Source of the DNA: Candidatus Latescibacterota bacterium | GTDB taxonomy: Bacteria; Latescibacterota; UBA2968; UBA8231 | NCBI GenBank assembly: GCA_965248355.1 | Contig: OZ252098.1 | Location: forward strand, 544,001 to 608,000 | Direction of reading: 5' to 3' | Length of the DNA: 64,000 nucleotides | In this document: positions 29,462 to 39,084 of the stretch, piece by piece | How the letters are laid out: each line of letters starts with the position of its first letter | Position numbering within the stretch: the stretch's first letter is position 1 | Translations under genes and position numbers: made by a program | Notes under the pieces: model-generated | What the model was told of the DNA's origin: nothing | The model's input: the letters and a program-made list of their open reading frames with translations, nothing else | Database searches by the model: none

Positions 29462-30367
29462 GTGCCGAAGGGTCCGCGCCGGCCGCCCCCGGGGTGGCCG
29501 GCGAAGCTGTTTCTTCTGGTTCTGCTCCTGCCCCCGATCCCCTCCCCGGCCGCCCGGCCGGGGGAGAGGATCCTGGTGGTCCCCTTCGAGGACCACAGCG
29601 ACTTCCGGGGGACCTGGGATCTCCGGCAGGAGATCCCGCAACTGCTGGGCGAGCTGCTGCGCCAGGGCCGGGCCTTCGAGATCCTGCCCTTCGACACCCT
29701 GGCCTCCCCTCCCGCCGAGGCCGGGGAGGGGGGCATCTCGAGGCCGGACCGGGAGCTCCTGGCCGGCCGCGAGGCCGGGGCCGACCTGGTCCTCGGCGGC
29801 GACATCCGGCGCTTCGCCATCAAGCGCTTCAACGTGGGCAGCCCCCTCGTGGGGGGGTACACCTCCTATAGCGTCGTCGTCGAGGTGGAGGCCCGCCTGA
29901 CGCGGGTCCTGACCGGACGCCGGGACGGGGAGGCGATCCGGGGCCGCGCGGAGGTGACCGACCAGGACCTGGGCCTGACTCTGCTGGGCAAGCCCACGGA
30001 GACGGAGGCCGCCCTCTCCCGCCTCAACGAGGTCTCCTTCGGGGCGCAGGAGTTCCGCGACACGATCGTGGGCGCCGCCACCCTCGACGCCCTCGGGAAG
30101 ATCGCCGGCGAGTTGTCCGTCCGGGACTCGGTCTCCGCCGTGCCGGATGGGAAGGTCCTCAGTCTCGAGGGTGACGGGGGATTCGCGAGCCTCGGCCGGG
30201 CCGACCACGTCGAGGCCGGCCACCGGCTCGCGGTGCATTCCCGGCGGGACACGCAGAGGGTGGGGAGCGTGCAGATCGTGGAGGTCCTGACAGCGCACCT
30301 GTCGCGATTCCGCGCCCTGGAGGGCGGGGAGGCCATCCGGGAGGGGGATCTGCTTCGCTCGCGGTAG
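29462..30367 (+). CDS. CsgG/HfaB/FlgT-like exported protein
   Basis: Signal-like N-terminus (start uncertain); RILVVPFED, GADLVLGG.I..F, VEVEARL.RVLTG; C-terminal GKVL...G....LG...VE.G..L.V...G.V.I.EV...S beta domain. Confidence 0.55.
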   Translation: MPKGPRRPPPGWPAKLFLLVLLLPPIPSPAARPGERILVVPFEDHSDFRGTWDLRQEIPQLLGELLRQGRAFEILPFDTLASPPAEAGEGGISRPDRELLAGREAGADLVLGGDIRRFAIKRFNVGSPLVGGYTSYSVVVEVEARLTRVLTGRRDGEAIRGRAEVTDQDLGLTLLGKPTETEAALSRLNEVSFGAQEFRDTIVGAATLDALGKIAGELSVRDSVSAVPDGKVLSLEGDGGFASLGRADHVEAGHRLAVHSRRDTQRVGSVQIVEVLTAHLSRFRALEGGEAIREGDLLRSR

Positions 30368-30521
30368 CCCCTTCCACCTGTCTGACGACGATGGGCGCAT
30401 CCTTTTCTGCTGGAGCGAATTACACTGGCAGGCAAGCACCCCCCCGGCGTCTGGACCGGGGTCACCTGGGAGAGTATATTGGAGATTCGCTGCCCCGCCC
30501 CCGCAACCACGGTCGATTCCC

Positions 30522-30872
30522 GTGTCCGGAGATCTCCTCCGCCGACTCTTCCACCTCACCCGCGCCCACGTCGGACCCCGGTCGCCCTCGCCCTCGCCGT
30601 CCACCGGCGATGATCCGAGCCCCAGCCGATCGGGTGATGCCTCGCAGGCACCTGGGGAGCTGGCCCGGTACTACGCCAATCTCGAGATTCCCTGCGGTTC
30701 GGATCTGGAGACCGTGCGGGCGGCCTGGAAGGGCATGATGCGGAAGTACCACCCCGACCTCCACGGCGCGGACCCGGAGAAGCGGCGGCTGGCCGGCGAA
30801 CTCACCGCCAACTTGACGCGCGCTTACCAGGAGCTGGCCGCGGCGTTGGAGCAGGGGAGCCGAAGAGGGTAG
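30522..30872 (+). CDS. Small DnaJ (J-domain) protein
   Basis: YYANLEI...VRAAWK.MMRKYHPD...L..AY..L. Confidence 0.85.
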   Translation: MSGDLLRRLFHLTRAHVGPRSPSPSPSTGDDPSPSRSGDASQAPGELARYYANLEIPCGSDLETVRAAWKGMMRKYHPDLHGADPEKRRLAGELTANLTRAYQELAAALEQGSRRG

Positions 30873-30939
30873 CGCCGCGCCAACCACGTCAGAGCCGGCG
30901 GTCTGTGGCCGCCGCAACCGAGCAGGTTCACGAGGGCCC

Positions 30940-31335
30940 ATGGCAGATCATTTCGAGCGCGTCAAGGAGTACATACTCGAGTTGGGTTTCTCCATCGACG
31001 AGGAGATTCCCGAGGAAGAGATCGTCGTCATCAACGACGAGGAGCGCGGTATCCACGAGCTCGTCATCGACTGCGAAGACGACCTGCTCGTGCTGGAGCA
31101 GCTCATCCTCAAGTTCGAAGGCGAGGTGCCCGCGGCCGTCTTCCGCCGCATCCTGCAGATGAACCGCAGCCTCGTCTTCGGCGCCTTCATCCTCAACGAG
31201 GAAGGCAACCTCCTCCTCTACCGCAACACCCTCGCCCTCGGCAATCTCGACCTGAACGAACTGGAGACGACCATCAACGCCCTCAGCCTGGGCCTGGCGG
31301 AAAACGGCGACGAGCTCCTCGGCTTCGTCGCCTGA
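30940..31335 (+). CDS. YbjN/CesT-like chaperone-fold protein
   Basis: Small acidic protein; FRRILQMNRSLVFGAF.L, LD..EL..TINALS. Confidence 0.7.
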   Translation: MADHFERVKEYILELGFSIDEEIPEEEIVVINDEERGIHELVIDCEDDLLVLEQLILKFEGEVPAAVFRRILQMNRSLVFGAFILNEEGNLLLYRNTLALGNLDLNELETTINALSLGLAENGDELLGFVA

Positions 31336-31379
31336 GCCCGGCCCGCTGCGGGTGTCACACGACAACAAGGAAGGCGGAT

Positions 31380-32087
31380 ATGGCTGGCATCTTCAATCGC
31401 CTCTTCAAAGCCGGCGAGGCCGAGGCCCACTCCCTCGTCGACAAGCTCGAGGATCCCATCAAGATGAGCGAGCAGGCGGTTCGCGACCTGCGCAAGGATC
31501 TGCAGGAGAGCCTGAGGAGCCTCGGTGAGGTCAAGTCCCTCGCCATTCGCATGGCCAAGGAGGCAGAGGACGCCAAGCGCCTGGCCGGGGACTACGAGCG
31601 CAAGGCCATGCTGTTGCTGCAGCGGGGGCAGGCCGGCGAGGTGGAGGCCAGCGAGGCGGAGCGGCTCGCCCTGGAGGCCCTGAGCCGCAAGGAGGAGGCG
31701 GCCGCCCGGGCGCTGCAGGCCACCCAGCAGGCCCAGTCGCAGCAGAAGATGGTGGAAACCCTCCAGAACAACGTCAATCAGCTCAAGTCGAAGGTCGCTT
31801 CCTACGACAACGACCTGGTCATGCTCAAGGCGCGGGCGCGGACGGCCAATGCCACCCGCAAGATCAACCAGCGCCTGTCCAACGTGGACACCAACGGCAC
31901 CGTGGCCCTCCTCGAACGCATGAAGGAAAAGGTCTCCGAAGAGGAGGCCCTGTCCGAGGCCTACGGCGAGATGGCCGACGCGAGCAGCTCCGTCGACCAG
32001 GAGATCGACAAGGCCCTGGCCAGCGGCAGCACGAGCAAGTCGGAGGATTCGCTGGCCCAGCTCAAGTCGAAGATGGGCATCAGCTGA
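31380..32087 (+). CDS. pspA: PspA/IM30 family protein
   Basis: MAGIFNRL...LVDKLEDP.KM.EQ.VRDL, long coiled coil, LERMKEKV..EEA..EA, C-terminal LAQLKSKMG. Confidence 0.9.
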   Translation: MAGIFNRLFKAGEAEAHSLVDKLEDPIKMSEQAVRDLRKDLQESLRSLGEVKSLAIRMAKEAEDAKRLAGDYERKAMLLLQRGQAGEVEASEAERLALEALSRKEEAAARALQATQQAQSQQKMVETLQNNVNQLKSKVASYDNDLVMLKARARTANATRKINQRLSNVDTNGTVALLERMKEKVSEEEALSEAYGEMADASSSVDQEIDKALASGSTSKSEDSLAQLKSKMGIS

Positions 32088-32154
32088 CGGCGGCCCTACT
32101 CCGCTCCGCAGCAGACCGTCGCCCGCAGTTCCCTGTCATACAGAGTACCCGCCG

Positions 32155-33834
32155 ATGACGCAGGTGCCGCGCAGGAGCTTCCTCAAGAGGCTCCTGGCCG
32201 GCTCCGTGTGCCTGCCCTGGGCCTGTACCGAGGGCCGGCCATCGCGCCATGACGTCGATGTCGAGGCGCGCTTCGTCGATGCCGTGTCGCCGGAGCGTGG
32301 CCACCTGCTGCGGCGCCCCGTCGAGCCCACGGAGTTTGCCGCGGCGGCCGGCCCCCCCGTCGATGTGCTCGTCGTCGGCGGCGGCGTGTCGGGGCTGGCG
32401 GCCTGCTGGAAGCTCCGGCAGGCCGGGGTGGAGCGCCTGCTCCTGGTGGAGCTCGCCGACCGCCTCGGCGGCAATGCCATGGCCGGGCAGGCAGGAGACC
32501 TGGTCTTTCCCTGGGGGGCCCACTACATCAACGTGCCGCCATCGGAGGCCGACTGCGTACACGAGGTGTTGTCCGATCTCGACGTGATCTCCGGGTACGA
32601 CGCGGCCGGGCGCCCCATGGTGAACCCCGACCACCTGTTGCGCTGGCCCGCCGAGAGGTTGTGGGTGGACGGAGACTGGGTCGAGGGACTCGACCCCTTC
32701 GCCGACGCCGGAGACGGGGAGAGGGAGGACCTGTGGGCCTTCGAGGACGACATGTTGCGCTGGACTCTGCACCACGGGCAGGATGGACGCCGGGCCTTCG
32801 CCATGCCCCTGGCCTACAGCACGGCCGATGCCCGGGTGCGCCAGTTGGACGGCCAGACCATGGCGGAGTACGTGGAGAGCCGCGGTTGGCGCGGAGGCCG
32901 CCTTGCATGGCTCATCGACCAGGCCTGCAAGGACGACTACGGCAGCCTCGCTGCCGACGTCTCGGCCTGGGCGGGCATCCACTACTTCGCCTGCCGCTAC
33001 TACGACCGCCGCTTGCGGGAAGACTACCCCTCCGACACGCTCACCTGGCCCCAGGGCAACCAGTTCCTCGTCGACGGCCTGGGGCGCGGGCTGACGGCCG
33101 GAGAGCAATGGCTGGCGACGGGGGTCGTCGGCCTGCGCGGAGAGGGAACGACGGCCGAGGCCCTGTGCATCCACGCCCCCACGGGAGAGCGGCGGCGGGT
33201 CCGGGCCCGGTCCGTCGTCTACGCCGGCAAGCTGCACACGGCCGCGCGCGTGGTCGCGGATCTGCCCGGTGCCCAACGGCGCGCCATCGAGCGGCTGAGC
33301 TACGTCCCCTGGGTCGTGGCCGCGGTGAGGCTGTCCGCAGAGCTGGGCGACGCGGGTCTGGCCTGGGACAACGTGGTGATGGACAGCCCTTCCGTCGGGT
33401 ATGTCTCCGCCCGTCACCAGACCTCACCGGCCCCGGAGCGGGCGGGTGAGGTGCTCGTCTACTACCTGCCCCTGGTCGAGGATCCGGCCGCGGCCCGACA
33501 GGAGCTGCTGGGGGAGGATCCGCAGCCGTGGGCCCGAAGGGTGATGGCCGACCTGTCGCGCGTCCATCCCCAGTTGCCCGGTCTGGTGGAAGGAATCGAC
33601 ATCTGCCGCTGGGGCCACGGCATGGTCCGTCCGGCCCCGGGCGTCATCTGGGGGCCCGAGAGCCATCTGCGGCGCCAGCCGTGCGGGGCCGTGGCCTTCG
33701 CCTCGTGCGACGCCACCGGGCTGCCCCTCTTCGAAGAGTCCCTGTTCGCCGGCATCGCCGCGGCCGAGCGCTGTCTCGACGTGCTCGACGCTCCCTACAC
33801 GACCTCTCTCCACGGCATGCCGGCCCATGGATGA
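32155..33834 (+). CDS. FAD-dependent amine-oxidase-family oxidoreductase with Tat (lipo)signal
   Basis: RRSFLK...LPWAC; DVLVVGGGVSGLAA, LVEL.DRLGG, WGAHY, DDYG, SAWAGIHYFA, RWGHGM. Confidence 0.85.
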   Translation: MTQVPRRSFLKRLLAGSVCLPWACTEGRPSRHDVDVEARFVDAVSPERGHLLRRPVEPTEFAAAAGPPVDVLVVGGGVSGLAACWKLRQAGVERLLLVELADRLGGNAMAGQAGDLVFPWGAHYINVPPSEADCVHEVLSDLDVISGYDAAGRPMVNPDHLLRWPAERLWVDGDWVEGLDPFADAGDGEREDLWAFEDDMLRWTLHHGQDGRRAFAMPLAYSTADARVRQLDGQTMAEYVESRGWRGGRLAWLIDQACKDDYGSLAADVSAWAGIHYFACRYYDRRLREDYPSDTLTWPQGNQFLVDGLGRGLTAGEQWLATGVVGLRGEGTTAEALCIHAPTGERRRVRARSVVYAGKLHTAARVVADLPGAQRRAIERLSYVPWVVAAVRLSAELGDAGLAWDNVVMDSPSVGYVSARHQTSPAPERAGEVLVYYLPLVEDPAAARQELLGEDPQPWARRVMADLSRVHPQLPGLVEGIDICRWGHGMVRPAPGVIWGPESHLRRQPCGAVAFASCDATGLPLFEESLFAGIAAAERCLDVLDAPYTTSLHGMPAHG

Positions 33835-35368
33835 GCCGGCGGTGGACCGCGGCCCCTGGGGGACGGCGCTGCTCCTGGCCGCCATCTTCTCGGCGGCGGC
33901 CTGCGCCATCGTCTACGAGCTCCTCATCGGCAGCACCTCGGCCTACTTCCTCGGTGACAGCGTCGAGCAGTTCTCCGTCACCATCGGCCTCTTCCTCGCC
34001 TCCATGGGCCTGGGCTCCTGGGTGTCGCGGGCCATCACGGACCGGCTGCTGGAGCGCTTCATCGCCTTCGAGCTGTGGCTGGCGGCCGTGGGAGGATGCT
34101 CCGTGCCGGTCCTCTACCTCGCGTACCTCCACAGCGGCCAATTCCGCTACGTCATGGTCCTCCTCATCGTCGCCGTGGGCGCCCTCGTCGGCCTGGAGCT
34201 GCCGCTGCTGACCCGCATGCTGCAGCGCTACGGCGAGCTGCGCACGGTGCTGTCCAACGTCCTGTTCCTCGACTACCTGGGCTCTCTGCTGGCGGCCCTG
34301 CTCTTTCCCTATCTGCTGCTGCCCCTGCTGGGCGCCTTCGACACCGCCCTGGCGGCCGGACTGCTCAACGCCGGCGTCGGGCTCGTGCTGCTGGCCGGGT
34401 TCTGGTCCAGGCTGTCGCCCGGACCGCGGCGGAGGCTCCTGGCATTGGGGGTCGTCGTCGCCGGCGGGCTGGGCCTGACCCTGGCGGCGGCCAACCCCCT
34501 CCGCGAGCGGCTGGAGAGCGATCTCTACACCGACCAGATCGTCTACAGCGAGCGCTCGCCGTACCAGCAGATCGTCCTCACCCAGTGGCGGGACGACGTC
34601 CGACTCTACCTGGACCGGCACCTGCAGTTCTCCTCCGTCGACGAGTACCGCTATCACGAGGCCCTCGTCCACCCGGCCATGGCCATGGCCCGCCACCGGC
34701 AGCGGGTGCTCGTCATCGGCGGCGGCGACGGGCTCTCGGTGAGGGAGGTGCTGCGCCACGGCGACGTGGAGCAGGTCGACCTGGTGGATCTGGATCCCGC
34801 CGTCACGGACCTCGCCCGCCGTGACCTGCGCCTGACGCGCCTCAACGACAACGCTCTCAGCCGGCCGGGAGTCCGTATCTTCTCCGAGGACGGTTTCGCC
34901 TTCCTCCAGCGCGCGCACGAGGCCTACGGGGTCATCATCATCGACCTGCCGGATCCCCGGGACGAGGCCCTGTCCAAGCTCTACTCGGTCGAGGTCTACC
35001 GCCTGTGCTCCCGCCATCTCTCTCCTGACGGGGTGGTGGTCACGCAGGCCTCGAGTCCCTACTATGCGAGGACCACGTTCTGGAGCATAGCCGCCACCAT
35101 GGCCGAGGCCGGGTTGCGCGTCGTGCCCTACCACACACTCGTGCCGTCCTTCGGCGAGTGGGGGTTCGTGGCCGGCTTCAGCGGTGGCCGTGGAGAGCCG
35201 GCGGATGTGACCTTCCATGTGGCCGGCCTTCGTTTCATGACACCGGGGATGTTCCGGCAGATGCTGATCTTCCCCAGCGACATGAGCCGGCCCGCCGACG
35301 TCGTCGTCAACCGCCTCGACCGGCCTGTGCTGGCGCGGCAGTACCGGGAAGACTGGAGCCGCTGGTAG
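33827..35368 (+). CDS. speE: Polyamine aminopropyltransferase (spermidine synthase) with N-terminal multi-TM domain
   Basis: About 7 TMs then SPYQQI, LQFSSVDEYRYHEALVHP, VLVIGGGDGL..REVL, VDLDP, IIDLPDP, PSFGEWGF. Confidence 0.9.
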   Translation: MDEPAVDRGPWGTALLLAAIFSAAACAIVYELLIGSTSAYFLGDSVEQFSVTIGLFLASMGLGSWVSRAITDRLLERFIAFELWLAAVGGCSVPVLYLAYLHSGQFRYVMVLLIVAVGALVGLELPLLTRMLQRYGELRTVLSNVLFLDYLGSLLAALLFPYLLLPLLGAFDTALAAGLLNAGVGLVLLAGFWSRLSPGPRRRLLALGVVVAGGLGLTLAAANPLRERLESDLYTDQIVYSERSPYQQIVLTQWRDDVRLYLDRHLQFSSVDEYRYHEALVHPAMAMARHRQRVLVIGGGDGLSVREVLRHGDVEQVDLVDLDPAVTDLARRDLRLTRLNDNALSRPGVRIFSEDGFAFLQRAHEAYGVIIIDLPDPRDEALSKLYSVEVYRLCSRHLSPDGVVVTQASSPYYARTTFWSIAATMAEAGLRVVPYHTLVPSFGEWGFVAGFSGGRGEPADVTFHVAGLRFMTPGMFRQMLIFPSDMSRPADVVVNRLDRPVLARQYREDWSRW

Positions 35369-35386
35369 CGGGGGGAGGGAGATCCG

Positions 35387-35959
35387 ATGATCAGCCTGGG
35401 CCGAAAGTGGTTCGGGGGCAAGGACCCCGAGGATGAAAACGCCGGTCTCGCCGACCTGCGGCTCGATTCCATGCGCAACGGCGATCTGGTCGACTACGAC
35501 CTGAAGACCTGGGAGGTCACCGGCCGGAGCGTCTACGACTACGACGGCGTCCCGGGCCGGGAGTGGCAGCTGACCTGCGGCGACGAGGTGCGTTTCCTCG
35601 AGCGCTCCGAGGAGGACGGGCGGGTCGAGTGGACGTTGACGCGGAGCATCTCCATCGGTGACATTCAGGAGGACGTGACCGCCGCCATCGCCGCTGACGA
35701 GGACCCGCCCGGGTCGATCCACTTCGAGGGCCGGCGGTACGAGGCGTCGGAGTCGACCGCCGGGGTGCAGTGGGACATGGCAGACGACGGTTCGAAGGAC
35801 GAGGGAGCCGGACGCGAGTTCGTCAACTGGAGCTACGAGGCCGGGGACGGGCGCGTCCTGTTTCTCGTGCAATGGGGTGAACAGCGGTTCTCCGCCTACG
35901 AAGGGGAGAACGTCGAGGAGTACTCCTTCACCGACATCCTGCCTGGAGGCGAGCGGTGA
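35387..35959 (+). CDS. DUF4178-domain protein
   Basis: GD.VDYDLKTWEV.G...YD, EWQL, FLE...E, PP.SI.FEG..Y, W.YE; typical spermidine-synthase neighbour. Confidence 0.7.
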   Translation: MISLGRKWFGGKDPEDENAGLADLRLDSMRNGDLVDYDLKTWEVTGRSVYDYDGVPGREWQLTCGDEVRFLERSEEDGRVEWTLTRSISIGDIQEDVTAAIAADEDPPGSIHFEGRRYEASESTAGVQWDMADDGSKDEGAGREFVNWSYEAGDGRVLFLVQWGEQRFSAYEGENVEEYSFTDILPGGER

Positions 35960-36702
35960 GCCAAGAGAGGGATCCCCGAAGGGCCGAGACCCGTACGGCT
36001 CCGATCTGCCGGGCGGCGGTCGTGGGGGCCGCCCTGACCGCCATGGCCGTCATCACCGGGTGCGGCCGCACCCCGGATCCGGTGGAGCAGGCGAGCCGCG
36101 ACCTGGAACGCTACCCGGAATATGCCGTCATGATCGAGGATCTGAAGGTGGAGGACGGATTCTTCCCCGACTACTTCCTCCGCCTGCGGATCATGACGGC
36201 CAGCGGCCAGCGAGTCGCCGGGAAGGACACGCTGGTCTACGAGGACCGGGTCACGAAGTGGCAGGAGGTGGAGGAGGAGGTCATGGCCCGCTACCAGCAC
36301 TACCTGGGCATGGTGGTGGCCAGCAAGACCCTCGACGGCCAGCGCACCACGGCCCGGCAGGCCCACCCGCCGGGGTATCAGTACGTCGGCAACAGCCAGT
36401 ACGGGTCCTGGGGCGGCGGCGGGTTCTGGCAGTTCTACGGCCAGTACGCCTTCATGAGTCACATGCTCGGCGGCTTCGGGGTAGGCCGCCGCGACTACGA
36501 CGGCTACCGTCGCAACCGCGAGGTCGGCCGCCCCCACTTCGGCCCCACCCGCCAGGGGCGGCAGACCTTCGGCACCGCCGGGACCCAGACCCAGAAGACC
36601 CGTCCCAGCTTCTACAAGCGCTACCGGCAGCGCTCCGCGGGGGGTGGGCGCGGCTTCACCTCGCGGGCCGTCAGCCGCGGCGGAAGCCGCTTCGGCAAGT
36701 GA
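35956..36702 (+). CDS. Lipoprotein with Gly/Arg-rich C-terminal tail
   Basis: Lipobox VITGC; PPGYQYVGN.QYG.W, FWQFYGQYA; ends SRGGSRFGK. Confidence 0.65.
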   Translation: MSQERDPRRAETRTAPICRAAVVGAALTAMAVITGCGRTPDPVEQASRDLERYPEYAVMIEDLKVEDGFFPDYFLRLRIMTASGQRVAGKDTLVYEDRVTKWQEVEEEVMARYQHYLGMVVASKTLDGQRTTARQAHPPGYQYVGNSQYGSWGGGGFWQFYGQYAFMSHMLGGFGVGRRDYDGYRRNREVGRPHFGPTRQGRQTFGTAGTQTQKTRPSFYKRYRQRSAGGGRGFTSRAVSRGGSRFGK

Positions 36703-36733
36703 AGCCCCGAGAATGTTGAGAGGGAGGTAGCCA

Positions 36734-37582
36734 GTGGAATACGACATGCTGATTCCCATGGGCAGGTCCGCCGTGTACCTGATCGAGGCCTTCGTTCTGC
36801 TCGTCATCGCCAAGTGGGCGTACACCCGTCTCTACCGACGGGTGCATCTGAAGGAGGAGCTCTTCGACAAGGGCAACGCCGCCCTCGCGGTGTCGACGGC
36901 CGGCTACCTCTTCGGCATCGTCATCGCCCTGGGAGGCGTACTTGCAGGGCCCTCCGCGGGATGGCAGGCGGATCTGACGGCCACCGCCCTCTACGGCCTC
37001 ATGACCATCGCCATGATGCTGGCCGCCAGCTGGCTGTGCGAGAAGGTCCTGCTCTCCCGCTTCGACAATACCAAGGAAGTCGTGGAGGACCAGAACCTGG
37101 GCACGGCCTTCGTCGAAGCCGGGGTCCACATCGCCAACGGTCTCATCCTGCTGGCCATTCAGCAGGGCGCCGGTCCCTGGTGGGCGGGCCTCGTGTTCTG
37201 GGCCCTGGCCCAAGCCGTGCTGGTGCTCCTCGGGCGGCTCTACGAGATGGCCACGCCCCACAGCATCCACGACGAGCTCGAGCGCGACAACGCCGCCGTG
37301 GGACTCGCCCTTGCGGGCGCGCTGGTGGGGATGGGCAACATCATCAGCATCGCCGTGGCCGGTGACTTCGCCGGCTGGCGGGAGGGTTTGATCACCTTTG
37401 CCGCCGATGCCGCCTTCGGTCTGGTCATCCTCCTCATCATCAGGCGACTGAGCGACGTCCTGCTGGCTCCCGGCGTCAGCCTGGCCGCTCAGCAGACGCA
37501 CGAGACGCCCCGCATCGGGGCCGGTCTGCTGGAGGCCTTCGGTTACGTGGGCGGCAGCATGCTGGTCGTCTGGGTACTCTGA
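36734..37582 (+). CDS. DUF350-domain membrane protein (tandem repeats)
   Basis: Repeated EL...N.A.G/A motifs between hydrophobic helices. Confidence 0.75.
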   Translation: MEYDMLIPMGRSAVYLIEAFVLLVIAKWAYTRLYRRVHLKEELFDKGNAALAVSTAGYLFGIVIALGGVLAGPSAGWQADLTATALYGLMTIAMMLAASWLCEKVLLSRFDNTKEVVEDQNLGTAFVEAGVHIANGLILLAIQQGAGPWWAGLVFWALAQAVLVLLGRLYEMATPHSIHDELERDNAAVGLALAGALVGMGNIISIAVAGDFAGWREGLITFAADAAFGLVILLIIRRLSDVLLAPGVSLAAQQTHETPRIGAGLLEAFGYVGGSMLVVWVL

Positions 37583-37648
37583 CACCCGAGCCCGGGCCCC
37601 CTCCGAGAGATCCCGCTCCGGAAGAGGCGCGCCCGACCCGAGATCTCC

Positions 37649-38689
37649 GTGCCCCTCTGGCTGCCCCTTGTGCGCGCCTGGCGCCGGGTCGTCCATCGCC
37701 ATTCGCTGGCGTGGATCTCCCTGCTGTCGGCCTCGCTCATCGTCGTCGGTGGTGTGCTGTTCTCGGTTCTCGAGGACCAGCCGCTCGGCGTCGGGCTATG
37801 GTGGGCGGTCGTAACGACGACGACCGTCGGCTACGGGGACTACTCTCCGGTGACCGCCCTGGGCCGGGCGGTGGGCGCCGTTCTGATGGTGCTCGGTATC
37901 GGCGTTCTCGGCGGTTTCACGGCGGAGCTGGCCACCTTCATCATCGAGCACCGGAGCAAGAAAGACAGGGGGATCAAGCCCGTGAAGACGAGTGGACACG
38001 TCCTGGTCTGCGGCTGGAACGAGACCGGCGAGGACCTGGTCCGCAACATCCTCGCCGACAGTCTCCGGGTGGAAGTCGTGGTTCTCGCCGAGCTTCCCTC
38101 TCACCCCATGCCCGCCAAGGGCGAGGCCGGCCGTGTGAATTTCGTCCGCGGGAGGGTGGACGCGGAGGCCCTGGACCACGCTAGCGCCCGGAACTGCTCG
38201 GGGGCGGTGATCCTGGGAGATCAGGAGATCGAGGACACGGCCGGCCGCGATGCCAAGACGCTGATCGGGGCCCTGACGGTCAAGGAGTACGAGCCGGGCC
38301 TCCACGTCTGCATTCAGCTCTTCGATGCCGGCTCCACACGGCACGCCGGCATCTCCGGGGCCGACGAGGTCGTGGTCGTGGGCGCCCTCTCCAGCGGGCT
38401 GCTGAGCCGCGCCGTCCTCGACCCGGGCAGCTCGCGGGCGATCTCGAGTCTGGTGCGCGCCGAGGAGCAGTGCGAGATCTACCTTGTCGACGTGCCCTCC
38501 GACTGGCCGGGAAGGCGCTTCGATGAGATGCTGCAGGTCGCCAAGGAGACGCACGATGTGCTGCTGGTCGGCGTCGAACCGGCGGCAGGGGGCCTGGTGG
38601 TGAATCCCCCTGGCGACTACGCCTTCTCCACCGGGGACCGGCTGGCCGTCATCGCCGAGGACCGCCCCGACATCCGGACCCGGCACTGA
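37649..38689 (+). CDS. Potassium channel protein (2TM pore plus RCK/TrkA domain)
   Basis: Selectivity filter WWAVVTTTTVGYGDYSP; HVLVCGWN RCK domain; GADEVV. Confidence 0.9.
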   Translation: MPLWLPLVRAWRRVVHRHSLAWISLLSASLIVVGGVLFSVLEDQPLGVGLWWAVVTTTTVGYGDYSPVTALGRAVGAVLMVLGIGVLGGFTAELATFIIEHRSKKDRGIKPVKTSGHVLVCGWNETGEDLVRNILADSLRVEVVVLAELPSHPMPAKGEAGRVNFVRGRVDAEALDHASARNCSGAVILGDQEIEDTAGRDAKTLIGALTVKEYEPGLHVCIQLFDAGSTRHAGISGADEVVVVGALSSGLLSRAVLDPGSSRAISSLVRAEEQCEIYLVDVPSDWPGRRFDEMLQVAKETHDVLLVGVEPAAGGLVVNPPGDYAFSTGDRLAVIAEDRPDIRTRH

Positions 38690-39060
38690 TGAGCCCCCCG
38701 CCGAGCTCCGCCCTGGGCCGCCATCTCCTGGTCGATCTCTACGGTTGTGCCCGGGGGCGGCTGGACGACGTGGACTACGTCCGCCAGGGCCTGCTGGCCG
38801 CGGCCGGGCAGGTCGGCGCCACCGTCGTGGACGCCCACTTCCACAGCTTCTCGCCATGCGGCGTCACCGGGACCGTGTCGATTCAGGAGAGCCATCTCTC
38901 CATCCACACCTGGCCCGAGCACCTGTACGCCGCCGTCGACATCTTCACCTGCGGCGACTCCATCGATCCGTGGCGCGCCTACGAGTCTCTCAAGACTGCG
39001 CTCGAGGCCGACAGGGGCTCCGCCATGGAGATCCACCGCGGCAGACCCGACCTGTTGTAG
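38689..39060 (+). CDS. speD: S-adenosylmethionine decarboxylase proenzyme (short pyruvoyl type)
   Basis: LGRHLLVDLYGC, FHSFSP.GVT, autocleavage site ESHLSIHTWPE, AAVDIFTCG. Confidence 0.92.
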   Translation: MSPPPSSALGRHLLVDLYGCARGRLDDVDYVRQGLLAAAGQVGATVVDAHFHSFSPCGVTGTVSIQESHLSIHTWPEHLYAAVDIFTCGDSIDPWRAYESLKTALEADRGSAMEIHRGRPDLL

Positions 39061-39084
39061 CGGTCCTGTCGAAGCGGTCGCGCC

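Noticed and set aside
10225-30367. Calling the locus a canonical T9SS, Tol-Pal or SusCD/TonB system
   Set aside because: No recognisable SprA, PorK/L/M/N, TolB, Pal, TonB C-domain or TBDT plug motifs by eye; left as unassigned.
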